A stretch of 64,000 bases of DNA from the NCBI GenBank assembly GCA_951406725.2, contig OX597814.1:224564001-224628000 (forward strand), in the 5' to 3' direction. The position numbers and the translations under genes were made by a program. The notes beneath the pieces are model-generated. The model ran no database searches. It had not been told where the DNA came from and saw only the letters and a list, made by a program, of their open reading frames with translations. Positions 39,720-52,020 of the stretch are shown one piece after another (position 1 is the first letter of the stretch; each line of letters begins with the position of its first letter). The stretch comes from Octopus vulgaris. Its lineage: Eukaryota.

Positions 39720-40985
39720 CTGTCAAGAATAGGTACCAGATAATCTGGGAATGTTATACGAAATGAATTCGTTTTTACCCTAACCTGCCAAATAACCTCA
39801 GATCAAGTTTAGTACCGGTTCTCAGGGTGTCCTTCGAACCTAGGGAATATTTGGCACGAATACGTGCAATTAAAGAGACGTAATCACCATTTGGGATACT
39901 AAAGTGTGAAAATAGCCGTAAGACAACAGTGAGATAATATTGAATCTAACCTATTTTAAAGTATACTAAAAAGACCAGTCGGACTCCTTCAGAAATCATG
40001 TAAATTTTAAGCTGGAGAACATTAATTCAGTTCTTAACGAATCTGGGTGATACACGAAACAATTCTTGATCTCACAGCCTGTCTACTCAACACATTTATT
40101 AGCAGTGTCCTAATTGTTTTTTTAATACTGGTTTGAACAGCCAATATTTATTCTTTTACATGTTCCAGTCATTTTGACTGTGGTCATGCTGGAGCACCGC
40201 CTTACATTCTATTAAATATTTTATATTTTATGTCACTTGCTATGATGTTTCTTGATATTTTTATTATCTTGTATCAGAATAAAAGAAAATATATTTTTTC
40301 GTTGTTGTTTTTTGTTTTGTTTTGTTGGCTTCAGTCATCATTAGACGGGTGCCATGCTGGGGCACAGCCTCCATACATACACACACGCATACTTAGCTCT
40401 TTCACTTCTTATGGAAGAGATGTGTCCCACTAGTCGGTGGTCAATCAGCTGTTAATACCGTCGTCGTAGAGTAGAGGAATCGATATGGCGTGGACTAAGG
40501 CTGCGACATCTACAAAGATATGTAGACGGTGAACAGGTGTGGACAGGCACATCTTTCCACAGTTCATCTCTTTGACAGAGCAACGATCCTGGGTTAAACG
40601 AAGACCGAGACTGGTGGGGCCTAGAATCTGGAATGCTGTCAAGTGCTTACATCCTTCTAGAGCCTTCCAGAAGGCTCTGAAATAGAAAATTAAAAATGCC
40701 CGAAACAAAAACATTTCCTCTCACGTTATGACTCACTCTGAATGAAATTGATGAAGGTTCCAGAAATTATCTCAACTCTGAAATCCTTTTACATTATGTC
40801 TTTGGTAGAAGAACAAAGAATATCTGGGGATGATAGAAAAATGAGTGATTTTACTTTTCATGAATTAGTGACAATGAGGAAAGGATTGAAAAATTCATTT
40901 ATTTCCTTAAAGTGCATAAATTCATTACTATATAATTTGTGATGAGACATATAAAAGGGAAAAATATATCTAATACCTCACTGGT
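39720..40985 (+). pseudogene. Decayed LRR fragments (39720-40120, 40742-40985)
   Basis: TILDLTACLLN; SLVEEQRISGDDRKMSDFTFHELVTMRKGLKNSFISLKCI; donor CTG|GTATGG. Confidence 0.4.
40430..40680 (+). mobile_element. Possible Penelope GIY-YIG C-terminal remnant
   Basis: DPGLNEDRD/PRIWNAV resembles the PxLNxDxG..W terminus; very degenerate. Confidence 0.3.
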
Positions 40986-40992
40986 ATGGCTA

Positions 40993-41788
40993 GGTGCAGA
41001 CGTGGCTGTGTGGTTAAGAAGCCCATCTGCAACGACGGGGTTTCAGGTTCGGTCCTACTGCTTAGCACCTTGGGCAAGTGTTTTCTTCTAGTACTGGGTT
41101 AACCAGCGACATATGAATGAATTTGGTAAACGGGAACTGTATGGAAACCCGCTGTGCGGTGTTGGGGAGTACATATATGTGTGTGTATCCTTATGTTTTA
41201 ATTTGTTTTCCCACCGACTGGCAACCGGTTTGGGCTTGTTTACGACCCATAACTTAAAACTGGAAGAATAAGTAACCAGAGCTTGAATATAAGTTTTGGG
41301 GTCGATTTGATCGACTGTATACTTCAATGCAGTGCCCAGCATGGCTGCTGTCCAATGACTGAAACAAGTAAATGTAAATGACAGAAGATTAAAAACAACC
41401 TATAAACATAGGCGCAGGAGTGGCTGTGTGGTAAGTAGCTTGTTTACCAACCACATGGTTCCGAGTTCAGTGCATGGCACTTTGGGCAGGTGTCTTCTAC
41501 TATAGCCTCGGCCCGACCAAAGCCTTGTGAGTGGATTTGGTAAGCAGAAACTGAAAAACGCCTGTCATATGTGTGTGTGTGTGTGTGTGTTTATTTTTGT
41601 CCCCCCTCTCACCATCGCTTGACAACCGATGCTAGTGTGTTTACATCCCCGTCACTTAGCGGTTCGGCAAAAGAAACCAATAGAATAAGTACTAGGATTA
41701 CAAAGAATAAGTCCTGGGGTCGATTTGCTCGACTAAAGGCGGTGCTGCAGCATGGCTGCAGTCAAATGACTGAAACAAGTAAAAGAGT
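40993..41788 (+). mobile_element. Two tandem family-A SINEs (old 40993-41385; younger 41411-41788)
   Basis: Heads GGTGCAGACGTGGCT and GGCGCAGGAGTGGCT, cores and tails present. Confidence 0.85.
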
Positions 41789-41958
41789 ATTGGGAGAAGA
41801 ATCAAAAGACAATTGGGAAAAAGAAAAAAAGAAAAAGGGTAAATGAGACAAGGTTAAAGGTTATAGGTTTATTAATCAAGCGTGAGAAGACAGAAAATTT
41901 ACGCTGAACCAGATTGGTAGTTCACTGTGCAATGATTGAGCTTAGTCACGGAATATTG

Positions 41959-42187
<229 letters not shown>

Positions 42188-42326
42188 CATTGTTTTGCTT
42201 ATCTACTTCTTCAACATTATCGTCATTGTTATCATCGTTGTCGTGGTCGTTTTGTTCTTCTTCTTCGTCGCTGTCATCATCATCATCACTGTAGGCAGAC
42301 CTAGATTGATAGTGTGTGTGTGTGTG

Positions 42327-42357
<31 letters not shown>

Positions 42358-43389
42358 ATACGGTGCCGAAATTGATTCTTCTCACGCAAAATTCATTGTC
42401 AACCATCTATCTATTTTTTGCATTCTCTTCAACACCTTCACCACCACCGACCCCCACCACTACAACATCACCAACACCACCACCACCACCGCGAACATGG
42501 TCATTATTATTCAGCTCATCATCATCATCACCATTTTTTTCGATTATTAAACATGACCACCACCACAAGCTCCGTCGTCATCATCACTGAACAGTACGAA
42601 TAAAGGCTCAATGTACCCCGGTTCTCTGTACCCAACGCATTCATTCAATGCGCATCTCGTAGTAAATGAAATTCCAAACTTTCAACACGCTTTTGCTTTT
42701 TTTTTTATAACATTTTACATATTTTTTTTAAAATCCTTTGCGGGACCTATCTCTGTGTTTCATTTTAAACATTTGTCACAGGGGCGCGCAGATGATGATG
42801 ATGATGATGATGATGAGGAGGAGGAGGAGGAGGAGGAGGAGGAGGGGGAGGAGGATTGATGGTGTAGAGTGACGAAATTGAATTTTCTCATGCAAAAGTT
42901 ATCACCTACCTACTCCCCCTTTCTCATCATAATAATCATCGTCGTCGTCATCGTCATCATCATCATCATCCTCCTCCTCATCATCATCATCATCATCGCG
43001 CTGATTCAGCAGAATCGACGCGACACATTGTAACACGGTGTGTGCTTGGAATTACAATGGGTAAACGGAATTTCGGTTGGAAAACTTTTATTTTTATTTT
43101 TGTTCTTTTTTTTAAAGCATTATTCGCATTTTTTATGCCAGATTTATTTTTTTTCTTCGTGTAAGGAAAGTACGGCTGAATGGTTTATATGTTCGCTTTG
43201 CAGTTACAAGGTCCCGCGTTCCTACCGTGGCGTGGTATTTTAAGCAAACGTCATTTTCTATAGCCTCCGTTCGACGACATACTTTGTGAGGAAAATTGGA
43301 TATAGGGAAACTGTGTACAAGCCCTTCAAAAAGAGTGTGCCCCTTATTCAAAGTTCTAGCCTTGTCACGGTGATTTGGCTTCAGAATTA

Positions 43390-43596
43390 TGAGGGGGTGC
43401 TGAAAAGTTCCTGGCTTTGGGGAAAAGAAAATACAAAATAATGATTTTATTCAACATATTCTCCTCTCAGAGTCGTACACTTATTGCAGCGGTCCTTCAG
43501 TTTTTCTAAGCACTGTAAAAGAACTCGGAAGGTTGGGCCTCCAACCAGGTCTTTCTCGATACCTTTAAAGCCAGGAACTTTTCAGCACCAACCTCA
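43390..43596. mobile_element. Mariner MITE family M (complete; partial copy at 43923-44078)
   Basis: TIRs TGAGGGGGTGCTGAAAAGTTCCTGGCTTT / AAAGCCAGGAACTTTTCAGCACCAACCTCA; TA flanks. Confidence 0.85.
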
Positions 43597-43619
43597 TATA
43601 TATATATATATATACATTC

Positions 43620-43823
43620 AAAATGTAACCGTGTGTGTACCATTGGCGATTTTTTTACTCTGTCTTCCCTTCTCGGGGTCTTTCCTTCTCCTATGTTTCC
43701 GACGAAGAGCTCCGCTCGAAACGTTAAGCCCTCCTTCTTTCCTTCTTTCCTGAGCGTCCAATAATACTATATTTGTTCCACGTCCTCGCGTTGTTGTGTT
43801 TTTTTGTGCTTTCTTGTTTGGAT

Positions 43824-43828
<5 letters not shown>
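43620..43828 (+). mobile_element. TA-embedded pLTR-like cassette (family E) with minimal hammerhead at 43695-43729
   Basis: GTTT-CCGACGA-AGAGCTCCGCTC-GAAA-CG-TT-AAGC; homologous to 57215-57442. Confidence 0.65.
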
Positions 43829-43874
<46 letters not shown>

Positions 43875-44092
43875 TTGTGTGTGTGTGTGTGCATATATAT
43901 ATATACATACATACATACATACATGATTTTATTGAACATATTTTTCTCTCAGATCCAGAAACTTATTGCAGCTGTCTTTCAGTTTTTTCAAAACCCTGTA
44001 AAAGAACTCGGAAGGTTGATCCTCCGAGCAGGCCTTTCGCGATACCCTTGAAGCAAGCAACCTCTCAGCACTCTCTCGTATATCAAGGTTGT

Positions 44093-44405
44093 GAAGGCGT
44101 GTGGCTTAGTGGTTAGGGTATTCGGTTCACGATCTTAAGGTCGTGAGTTCGATTCCCAGTGGTGCGCTGTGTTCTTGAGCAAGACATTTTATTTCACGTT
44201 GCTGCATTCCACTCAGCTGGCAAAAATGAGTTGTACCTGTATTTCAAAGAGCCAGTTTTTCCACACTCTGTGTGTCACGCTGAATCTTCCTAACAACTAC
44301 GTTAAGAGTACGCATGTCTGTCGAGTGCTCGGCAACTTGCACGTTAATTTCACGAGCAAGCTGTTCCGTTGACCAACACGTCATCGTAACCGACGAAGAG
44401 CCAGT
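44093..44405 (+). mobile_element. Family-D SINE
   Basis: A/B boxes TGGCTTAGTGG and GAGTTCGATTCCC; CTTGAGCAAG core; homologous to 3292-3595. Confidence 0.85.
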
Positions 44406-44479
44406 TATAGTTCTATGTTAAGGTTACAAGAATACATGAAATACTCAGCCACTGGGTATGGTAGTTCAGTTGACTGAAC

Positions 44480-44815
44480 AATTCATGATCAAATTCTTGT
44501 GGTCGGACATATCTACATTTTACTTATGATACGTGGTGCATATAGGGTTGGTATCTGCAACATAGACTTCAAGATCCTGAAAGCCATTGACTTGTTTGCC
44601 ATCGTTGAACAAATTGCCAGGTGGATTTCATCTTCTTCATTGATGGTCATGCATTCAGTCTTTTGTTTGGCATTGAGAAACAGACTGATCTTGATGACTG
44701 CGGCTTTCTCAAAGAGTGCTAACGAGTCTAGTGGATCACACAGTTGATGAGCTATGAGGCGAAAGTTTCATCAAAGTCAGGATCACAGAGATGCAAGGTC
44801 GGCTGACGTCTTGGA
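44480..44815 (-). mobile_element. Highly degenerate RTE-like LINE RT fragment
   Basis: LHLCDPDFD..FEKAAVIKISLFLNAK/TECMTIN resembles DLDFADD..LE.AA..GL.LN.KKTE.M. Confidence 0.5.
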
Positions 44816-44834
44816 TATCTTGTATTGTTTATTT

Positions 44835-45049
44835 TACATGCTTCAGTCATTAGACTACGGCCATTCTGAGGCACCATCTTGAAGAATTTTAGTCGAAAAA
44901 ATCAACTCCAGTACTCAGTTTTTTTTAAAGCCTAGTACTTATTCTATCAGCTTCTATTGCTGAACTGCTAAGTTACGGGGACGTTGACACACCAACACCG
45001 CTTATCAAGCGGTGGCGGGAGACAAAGACAAACAAACACACACACACAT

Positions 45050-45098
<49 letters not shown>

Positions 45099-45222
45099 GT
45101 TCTTTAAGACTCCGGCAACTGAATCCAACAAGGCATTTGCCCAAGATACCACACGGTGGAATTGAACCCGAAACCATGTAGCTGGGAAGCAAACTTCTTA
45201 ACCATACTGCTACGCTGGCGCC
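44835..45222 (-). mobile_element. Family-A SINE (diverged)
   Basis: Tail, internal CA repeat and head recognisable. Confidence 0.75.
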
Positions 45223-45429
45223 TACAAAGTCAAGATAAGATCGAATCTCCGCTGCCATCACTTGAAGAAGAGCTAGGGTGTCTACCTGAAGGATTTTTGC
45301 TGCCTTTGGAGACCCTTTTGTCGGGTTCTGATGATGCCTTTGATTGTCTCGTATGGGATGCTGTGGTGCACTGAGGTATGTAACATGGGTACGTTTGTTG
45401 ACCCTATCAAATGCCTTGGAGCAATCCAC

Positions 45430-45773
45430 AAGTGTCTGAGACCCGCCTTCGGTCACGACACTGACCATGGAATTGCACCAAGAAAGTTACCCTCCCAAGC
45501 ACAAGTCCGGGCAAGGTTGTTTATGGAAGGCCAGAAGTCGCCCATGCATACCGGCCTCCACTCCTCACGTCACCGATGTTGTCCAAGGGAAAGGCAATGA
45601 CCGATACAGCTTGGCGCCTGTGACGTCGCAACTCATTTCTACAGCTGAGTGAACTGGAGCAACGTGAAGTAAAATGTCTTGCTCAAGAACACAACACGCA
45701 ACCCGGTCCGGGATTCGAGCTCACAACCTCACGATCGTAAGGTCGATGCTCTAACCACTGAACCATGCGCCTT
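45430..45773 (-). mobile_element. Family-D-head SINE with a different body and tail
   Basis: Head and core as in 44093-44230, then an unrelated body. Confidence 0.75.
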
Positions 45774-46316
45774 AACATCCGCAAGTATAATTGATGTCTT
45801 TTGCATGGAAATTTCAGGCGCTTCTATGATTATTTTAAGCAAGGAGCTACAGAATTTTTGATCAGTCTTGGCGGAAGATGTTTTGGTTCCATCGTAGGGT
45901 AGGACCAATATGAGGGGCGAATTCTAAGGGACTGAGAGTTATGAGTTTATGAGGCTAGAGGTGAGAATGTAATTCTTTTCTAACTTTGAATGGGGGCGAA
46001 AATCACTTTTCTTTCCCTGTGGAATAACTGAAGAATTCAAAAGGCTATTGACTGTTTTCCTTCACAGGTTTCGTTACATAACTCCAAGCACATACATATA
46101 TATATATATACACACACACACAAATATACATATATCAGACATGCGTTGGCGGGTGTTCGCAAACACATATTTATGTACTTACACACACACATACGTGCAC
46201 ATACACACACTCACACCCATACACATAAACCACACGCTAAAAATAAATGTTGTTAGACGATATATTTAAATAACCTCCAATCTGGCCTTCCTGTCACAGT
46301 AAACATCGTGTTGTGT

Positions 46317-46562
46317 GTATGTATGTATGTATGTATGTATGTATGTATGTATTTATGTATGTATGTATGTTTGTATGTATGTATGTATGTATGTATGTAT
46401 GTATGTATGTATGTATGTATGTATGTATGTATGTATGTATGTATGTATGTATGTATGTATGTATGTATGTATGTATGTATGTATGTATGTATGTATGTAT
46501 GTATGTATGTATGTATGTATGTATGTATGTATGTATGTATGTATGTATGTATGTATGTATGT
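46317..46562. repeat. (TATG)n microsatellite
   Basis: ~60 units. Confidence 0.95.
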
Positions 46563-47132
46563 TGTGTGTCTGAGTGCGTGCAGGCGTGAGTGTGTGTATG
46601 TGTGTATGTGAGTGGATTTGCGTTGGTGTGTGTATGTATGTATATGTCCTTATACGTAAGTAGATATGTGCGTATATGAGTGCGTGTGTATGTATGGGTG
46701 TGTGTCGGTGTATAGCTGTTTATATGTTTGTATATGTAGGTGTGTGGTCGATGACAACGAGGGAGTGATGAGTGAAAGTAGTTCCTTTCCTTGTAGGTAG
46801 ATGAGGTAGATAGATGAGGTGGGGGTGGTTCGAGCCACGAAGAGAGGATGTATTCGTGAAGTGGGATGTCGAGTGAACGGGGAGGGGAAGATGAGGGGGC
46901 GGGCGGGGTGGCAGAGGTTAAAGGTTATGTTTTTCTTTGTTGTTATAATTGTTGATGTTGTTGTTGATCTTTTTCCTTCGGACCACCCGCTTTCCCGCTC
47001 TACCAGCTGTAGCAACAGTTTCATATATTCCGCTGATTCTTCTGTTTTGGTTTTTTTTCTTGCTTTTTTGCGTCGTATGTGTGAGTGGAGGGTTCTAGAC
47101 TCATCCTTGCGTTCCAGAATGTTCCAGCATTA

Positions 47133-47775
<643 letters not shown>

Positions 47776-47972
47776 AATAGTTATAACACATGCAGCTGCA
47801 ATACCAACAACAAGCAGCTGTGTGTAGGTCTTTAAGGCGAACAAATTGAAAACACATTTAAAAATTCATAAACTAATAATAATAATAAATAAACCTACGA
47901 AATCTAGAAGACGAACGAATCTAAATACATATAACCGTATGCCTTATATGAATGACTACAAACGTATACGCT

Positions 47973-48020
<48 letters not shown>

Positions 48021-48115
48021 AAAATGGATAATATCGATATTTAAATGTCGATCTTATCAAGTGGCCAGTATGGGAATAAATACCATACAAAGGTAATAAT
48101 TATTTAAAACAATAG

Positions 48116-48576
48116 ATTAGGGTATCTAAGAGATAACACCATGGTGAAATAGCAGTCAAAACCCTGAGCCTAAAACCACCTTAAAAGTTCATATCGCGCC
48201 TAGGAGAGTAGACAGAGAGACAAAATAAACTAGCAAAAAAAATTTTTCTGGATAATTCAAGATCCTGGATTTCTGACTTTGCTTCAGAGAAGCTCTGCCT
48301 TCTTCAGTTGAATATACCAGATGGGCACATAAATACATATATATATATATATATACAGAACATACGTTATACTTACATATACGAACACTCATACATACAT
48401 ATATGTGCATGCAAAGTCAGAAATCCAGGATCTTGAATTATTCAGTAAAATCTTTTTTGCTAGTTTATTTTGTCTCTCTGCCTTCTCTCCTGGCGTGATA
48501 TGAACATTTAAGGTGGTTTTATGGTCAGGGTTTTGACTGCTATTTCAGCATGGTGGTATCTCTCAGATACCCTAAT
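48116..48576. mobile_element. Inverted pLTR-like pair
   Basis: 48116-48282 is inverted at 48411-48576 with scattered mismatches. Confidence 0.75.
48255..48313 (-). ncRNA. Type I hammerhead ribozyme
   Basis: ATTCAA-CTGAAGA-AGGC..GCTTCTCTGAAGC..GTCA-GAAA-TCCAGGA-TC-TTGAAT. Confidence 0.75.
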
Positions 48577-48631
48577 TTATAGTTATATATATATACATTT
48601 TCTCTCTCCTTTCTCTCCCTCCTTCATTCTT

Positions 48632-48662
<31 letters not shown>

Positions 48663-48929
48663 GCTTTTAGATGTTTGTATTTGTGAGTGTGTGTGCTTAT
48701 GTGTGTGCATGTGTGCGTATAAATATTAATATATACTCACAAACAAACACCCGTAGTTACATGCACCCGTGTACATACTTTAAGATCTCTCCATAACAAT
48801 GTATTTCATTAGGTCAAAAGTAACCGAGACAATCTTCAGATTCGCAAGCGCTTCAGACAGTTGTAATTAACTATACACAACTTACAGTGACAAAGCCAGC
48901 TCGAATCCTAGTAGGCATCTTCCTATATA

Positions 48930-49519
48930 CAGAAATGCTTCGATATACGAGGCATTGCTGTACATAATTTGTTCCTGGAGATCGCTGGTAAAGCGAAAAC
49001 TCGTAAAGCGAAAATTTGTAAAGCAGAGCAATAATTTCCCATAGCAGCAATGTTATAAATCGTAATTCGTTCTCCAGAGAAATATTTTGCCTGTAAAATT
49101 TATAATACTCGTAAACAAATGGCAATAAAACAACAGTAGAAGGTAAAGAATATTTTATGTAAAGTAAAAAGAATGTCAAGATCATTTATAATGAAAAATA
49201 TTATTATTAGAATCGTTTTCTGGATCACTTTCACTCGCACTAGACTCGTGCACACCATAACTTGCAGGCGCGATCGCCGATTCACAAGCACTCGTAGACG
49301 GACTTGCAGATTTCTTTTTAAAAAACAAGCCTAGAAGCTCTTTTTTTTTTTTCGCTTTCTATACATTTCTCGGTAACACGCAAGCGCATCTGTTATGGTA
49401 GTAGAAACTTTTGCACTTCGTTCAAAATTTGGATCTTGTGCTTGAAAAATTTATTGTAAAATAAAACCGGCAAACCCGGGGTCTCGTAAAGCAGTTCCTC
49501 GTAAAGTGAGGTATTGCTG
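48930..49519. mobile_element. Tigger-like MITE
   Basis: TA-flanked imperfect TIRs CAGAAATGCTTCGATATACGAG / CTCGTAAAGTGAGGTATTGCTG; subterminal CTCGTAAAGC repeats. Confidence 0.7.
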
Positions 49520-49761
49520 TATATTTGATGGAAGGAATATAGTATACATATTCTATCACCGATCACGAGTCAGTCACTAAGTGATCTGTAGATAAATTGT
49601 AATAAATAAATTCTTATTGAAAAATTTATGTAGAGCTTCATAGGTATGCTCAAGGGCAGTTTTCGAATACCTGTTGGTAACTGCTAAACATCACGTCTAC
49701 ACAAACTACCGCAAATTTTAGGAAAATGTGTATGGTATTGATATAGAAACAAATAAGCCAT

Positions 49762-50400
49762 TCACAATTTATTATTGAAAGAATTAGTTTTTCCAGCCTT
49801 TCGTATGATATCTATATCCAATTGAGAGGGGTGTTTATTTTGTAGCGTATAGCAGAGCGTTATTAAGTAAAATAGGGTGACGGAAGAATTATAATTGTCT
49901 ATATCCAACTTGAAGAAGGAGGTATTGCTCTCATTATGCAGAAGGTAGAATCGTGTTATTACCACACCTGTGTTTCTCCAAAGGTTAAGCTTAAGCTCAC
50001 CTTTAATAATGTGGATAATTCTATCTAAAATAGTTTCACTTATACGACCGAGATCTTATCCATTGGGGCAAATAAGTCTGGTCAAAGGTTTAATGAAAAA
50101 AAACCCAACTTTATGATCCTTCAGACTGAAGTGAGGAGGTCAAGATGTGTATGTTTCTGTCCTATCCGCTATATTTAGTTTCCTAACAAGTTCACAATGC
50201 TGGTCGTTAAACTGCTTCAAGACATCTTTATCAACCGTCTTAATAGTTTCTGTTTCGTTCCTTGGAAGTAAGTCCTTATAAGTGTTCGCAGAGGCAGCGT
50301 AGTATATATTAACGGTCATGTCAGAGAAAATATGGATGTTAGGCAATCGTTTAATCCTGGAAACAATCCTTTTGGGAGGTACTCAATATTTGGAAAATTT
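49762..50400 (-). pseudogene. Penelope-like reverse transcriptase remnant (possibly Naiad-type)
   Basis: Single frame with stops: FSDMTVNIY..YKDLL..FSLKDHK..TRLICPNG*DLGRISETILDRI..LNLWRNTGVVI..FFKLDIDNYNSSVT. Confidence 0.75.
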
Positions 50401-51029
50401 TATTTTCATAATCATTTTCAGTAAACTCATTCAAAATTATCTAATAGTTGTGCAACGGATTTTTATAAGATTTTAAGTTAAAAGAGATATTGTCGCTAGA
50501 TTTTCTTATCACTCATTATCATAGAGAATTCGCGCCACCTCATCCGTCGTTTCAAGCCTGCTACTGAATTTTCGAAACAGCTGTGATGATCTATCAAGGA
50601 CAATATATTTCTTCACTAGATACGTTTTTATTTAATGTAACCTCTTTTATAAATGATTTAATGCTTTATATAGTTGCTTGTCCCACTTTTGTTTCCTTAT
50701 ACAAATATTCATAATGTAAATCCAAGAGAAATTTCGCAAGATGGGGAACAAAACTTCTTTCAGGATTTGACCGTTAGTTTGGAGTCCTTTCAAGATACAA
50801 GAGCTTGAAGGATTTATTTTTCCCTTTTGAGCGACTGCACCACCAGATGTCTACAGATTCCTCCTTGGTTCTCTAGAATCCGGCTGGATTTACTAGCTGA
50901 AACCCAAATCCAGATCCAGCATATTTAAACCCTTTTGGCTGCAGTTTTTTACAGACAAATCAAACCCGTAGAAGCTCTCTTGTTGATTCTTAGTAAATTA
51001 GTTGTTCTTGCAGCTGTGTCTTCTTCCTA

Positions 51030-52020
51030 ATACTGCGAAATGGGAGAAGAAACTATTATTAATTAAGACAACGCAGCCATTGTGAATCTTAGCCACAGGT
51101 ACAATGCAATGTGAAATAACTGAACCTATGCTTACACGTAAGTCTGTTTATTTCGATAGTAATTTATTATAGAAGTATAGCATACTGCACAGCTATCCCA
51201 CCTCGACATTTATTTTAGTTGCTGTATAAGAATCAGCATCAGCATCAGCAATAGCAACAAAAGAAGTATGAGCAGCAGCTACAACATCAACAATAGCTAC
51301 ATCTATAATAACGAGAAGGCCTAAATCTTAAATCGGTGATAATACTTTCTTTGTCTGAAGAGGTGACATTTATCTGGCGTTGTGATTAGCACAAGAGAAA
51401 GTTTGAGTAAACAAACAAAACTATAACATGAAGTGAAAACAATAATAAATAGCAATTTGGTGAGAGATTTGGTGATATGTTTTCTGTCTGTGTAACAATT
51501 TGAGGGTTGTTATACAATAACGGAAACTGCATTTGAGTTGAAGAGGGGAAATGAGGAAAGGAAGACTAGAATAGAATTAAAACAAGAAAAAGGAAGAAAA
51601 AAAAACAGAAAAGAGAGAAAGGAAACGAAAACAGAAAACATTTAAGAGGAAAATAACGAGAAAAAAAATGAGAAATTGAAGAGAGCAGTAAATGAAGAAT
51701 GGAGAGTCTGGAGCAAATAGAGCAAAAGGGGAAAGACAAGACGAATGGAAAAGAAAAGCGAGAGTGAAAACAAAGTAATGAACTACATCCTGCTGAAATC
51801 TAAGCTCAGATCATTTGCTATGGTTAAGTGTTCAAAGGTATCGGTCTTTTCCAATGTTTTTGTTTAATATGTAATGGCCGTCCATAGATTTCAACCGAAA
51901 ATCGAAATCGAGAAGTTGCGGCTGAACTACTCACCGTATATGAAGTCATAAAAAGATGCACAGCCATCTCAGCGGCGCATATTCAGCAGGAAACAAGAAT
52001 GGTTTTTAGTGTATTAAGGT
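51030..52020 (+). pseudogene. Decayed LRR fragments with residual splice donors
   Basis: QCEITEPMLT|GTAAGT; ESLSKQTKL; SKLRSFAMVKCS; IEIEKLRLNY..; AAG|GTATGT near 52018. Confidence 0.4.

Noticed and set aside
40742-40797. TTGATGA..GAAATCC hammerhead-like string
   Set aside because: Poor stems; the region reads better as an LRR fragment
44093-44160. tRNA-like sequences (also at 3530, 5820, 14550, 19385, 45700)
   Set aside because: SINE heads continuing into repeat bodies; no complete cloverleaf
46650-47130. Minus-strand open frame of ~160 codons
   Set aside because: Low-complexity composition, no splice context, no recognisable homology
50140-50142. In-frame TGA in the PLE RT as a possible selenocysteine codon
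   Set aside because: The copy also has a TAA stop and heavy decay; no SECIS seen
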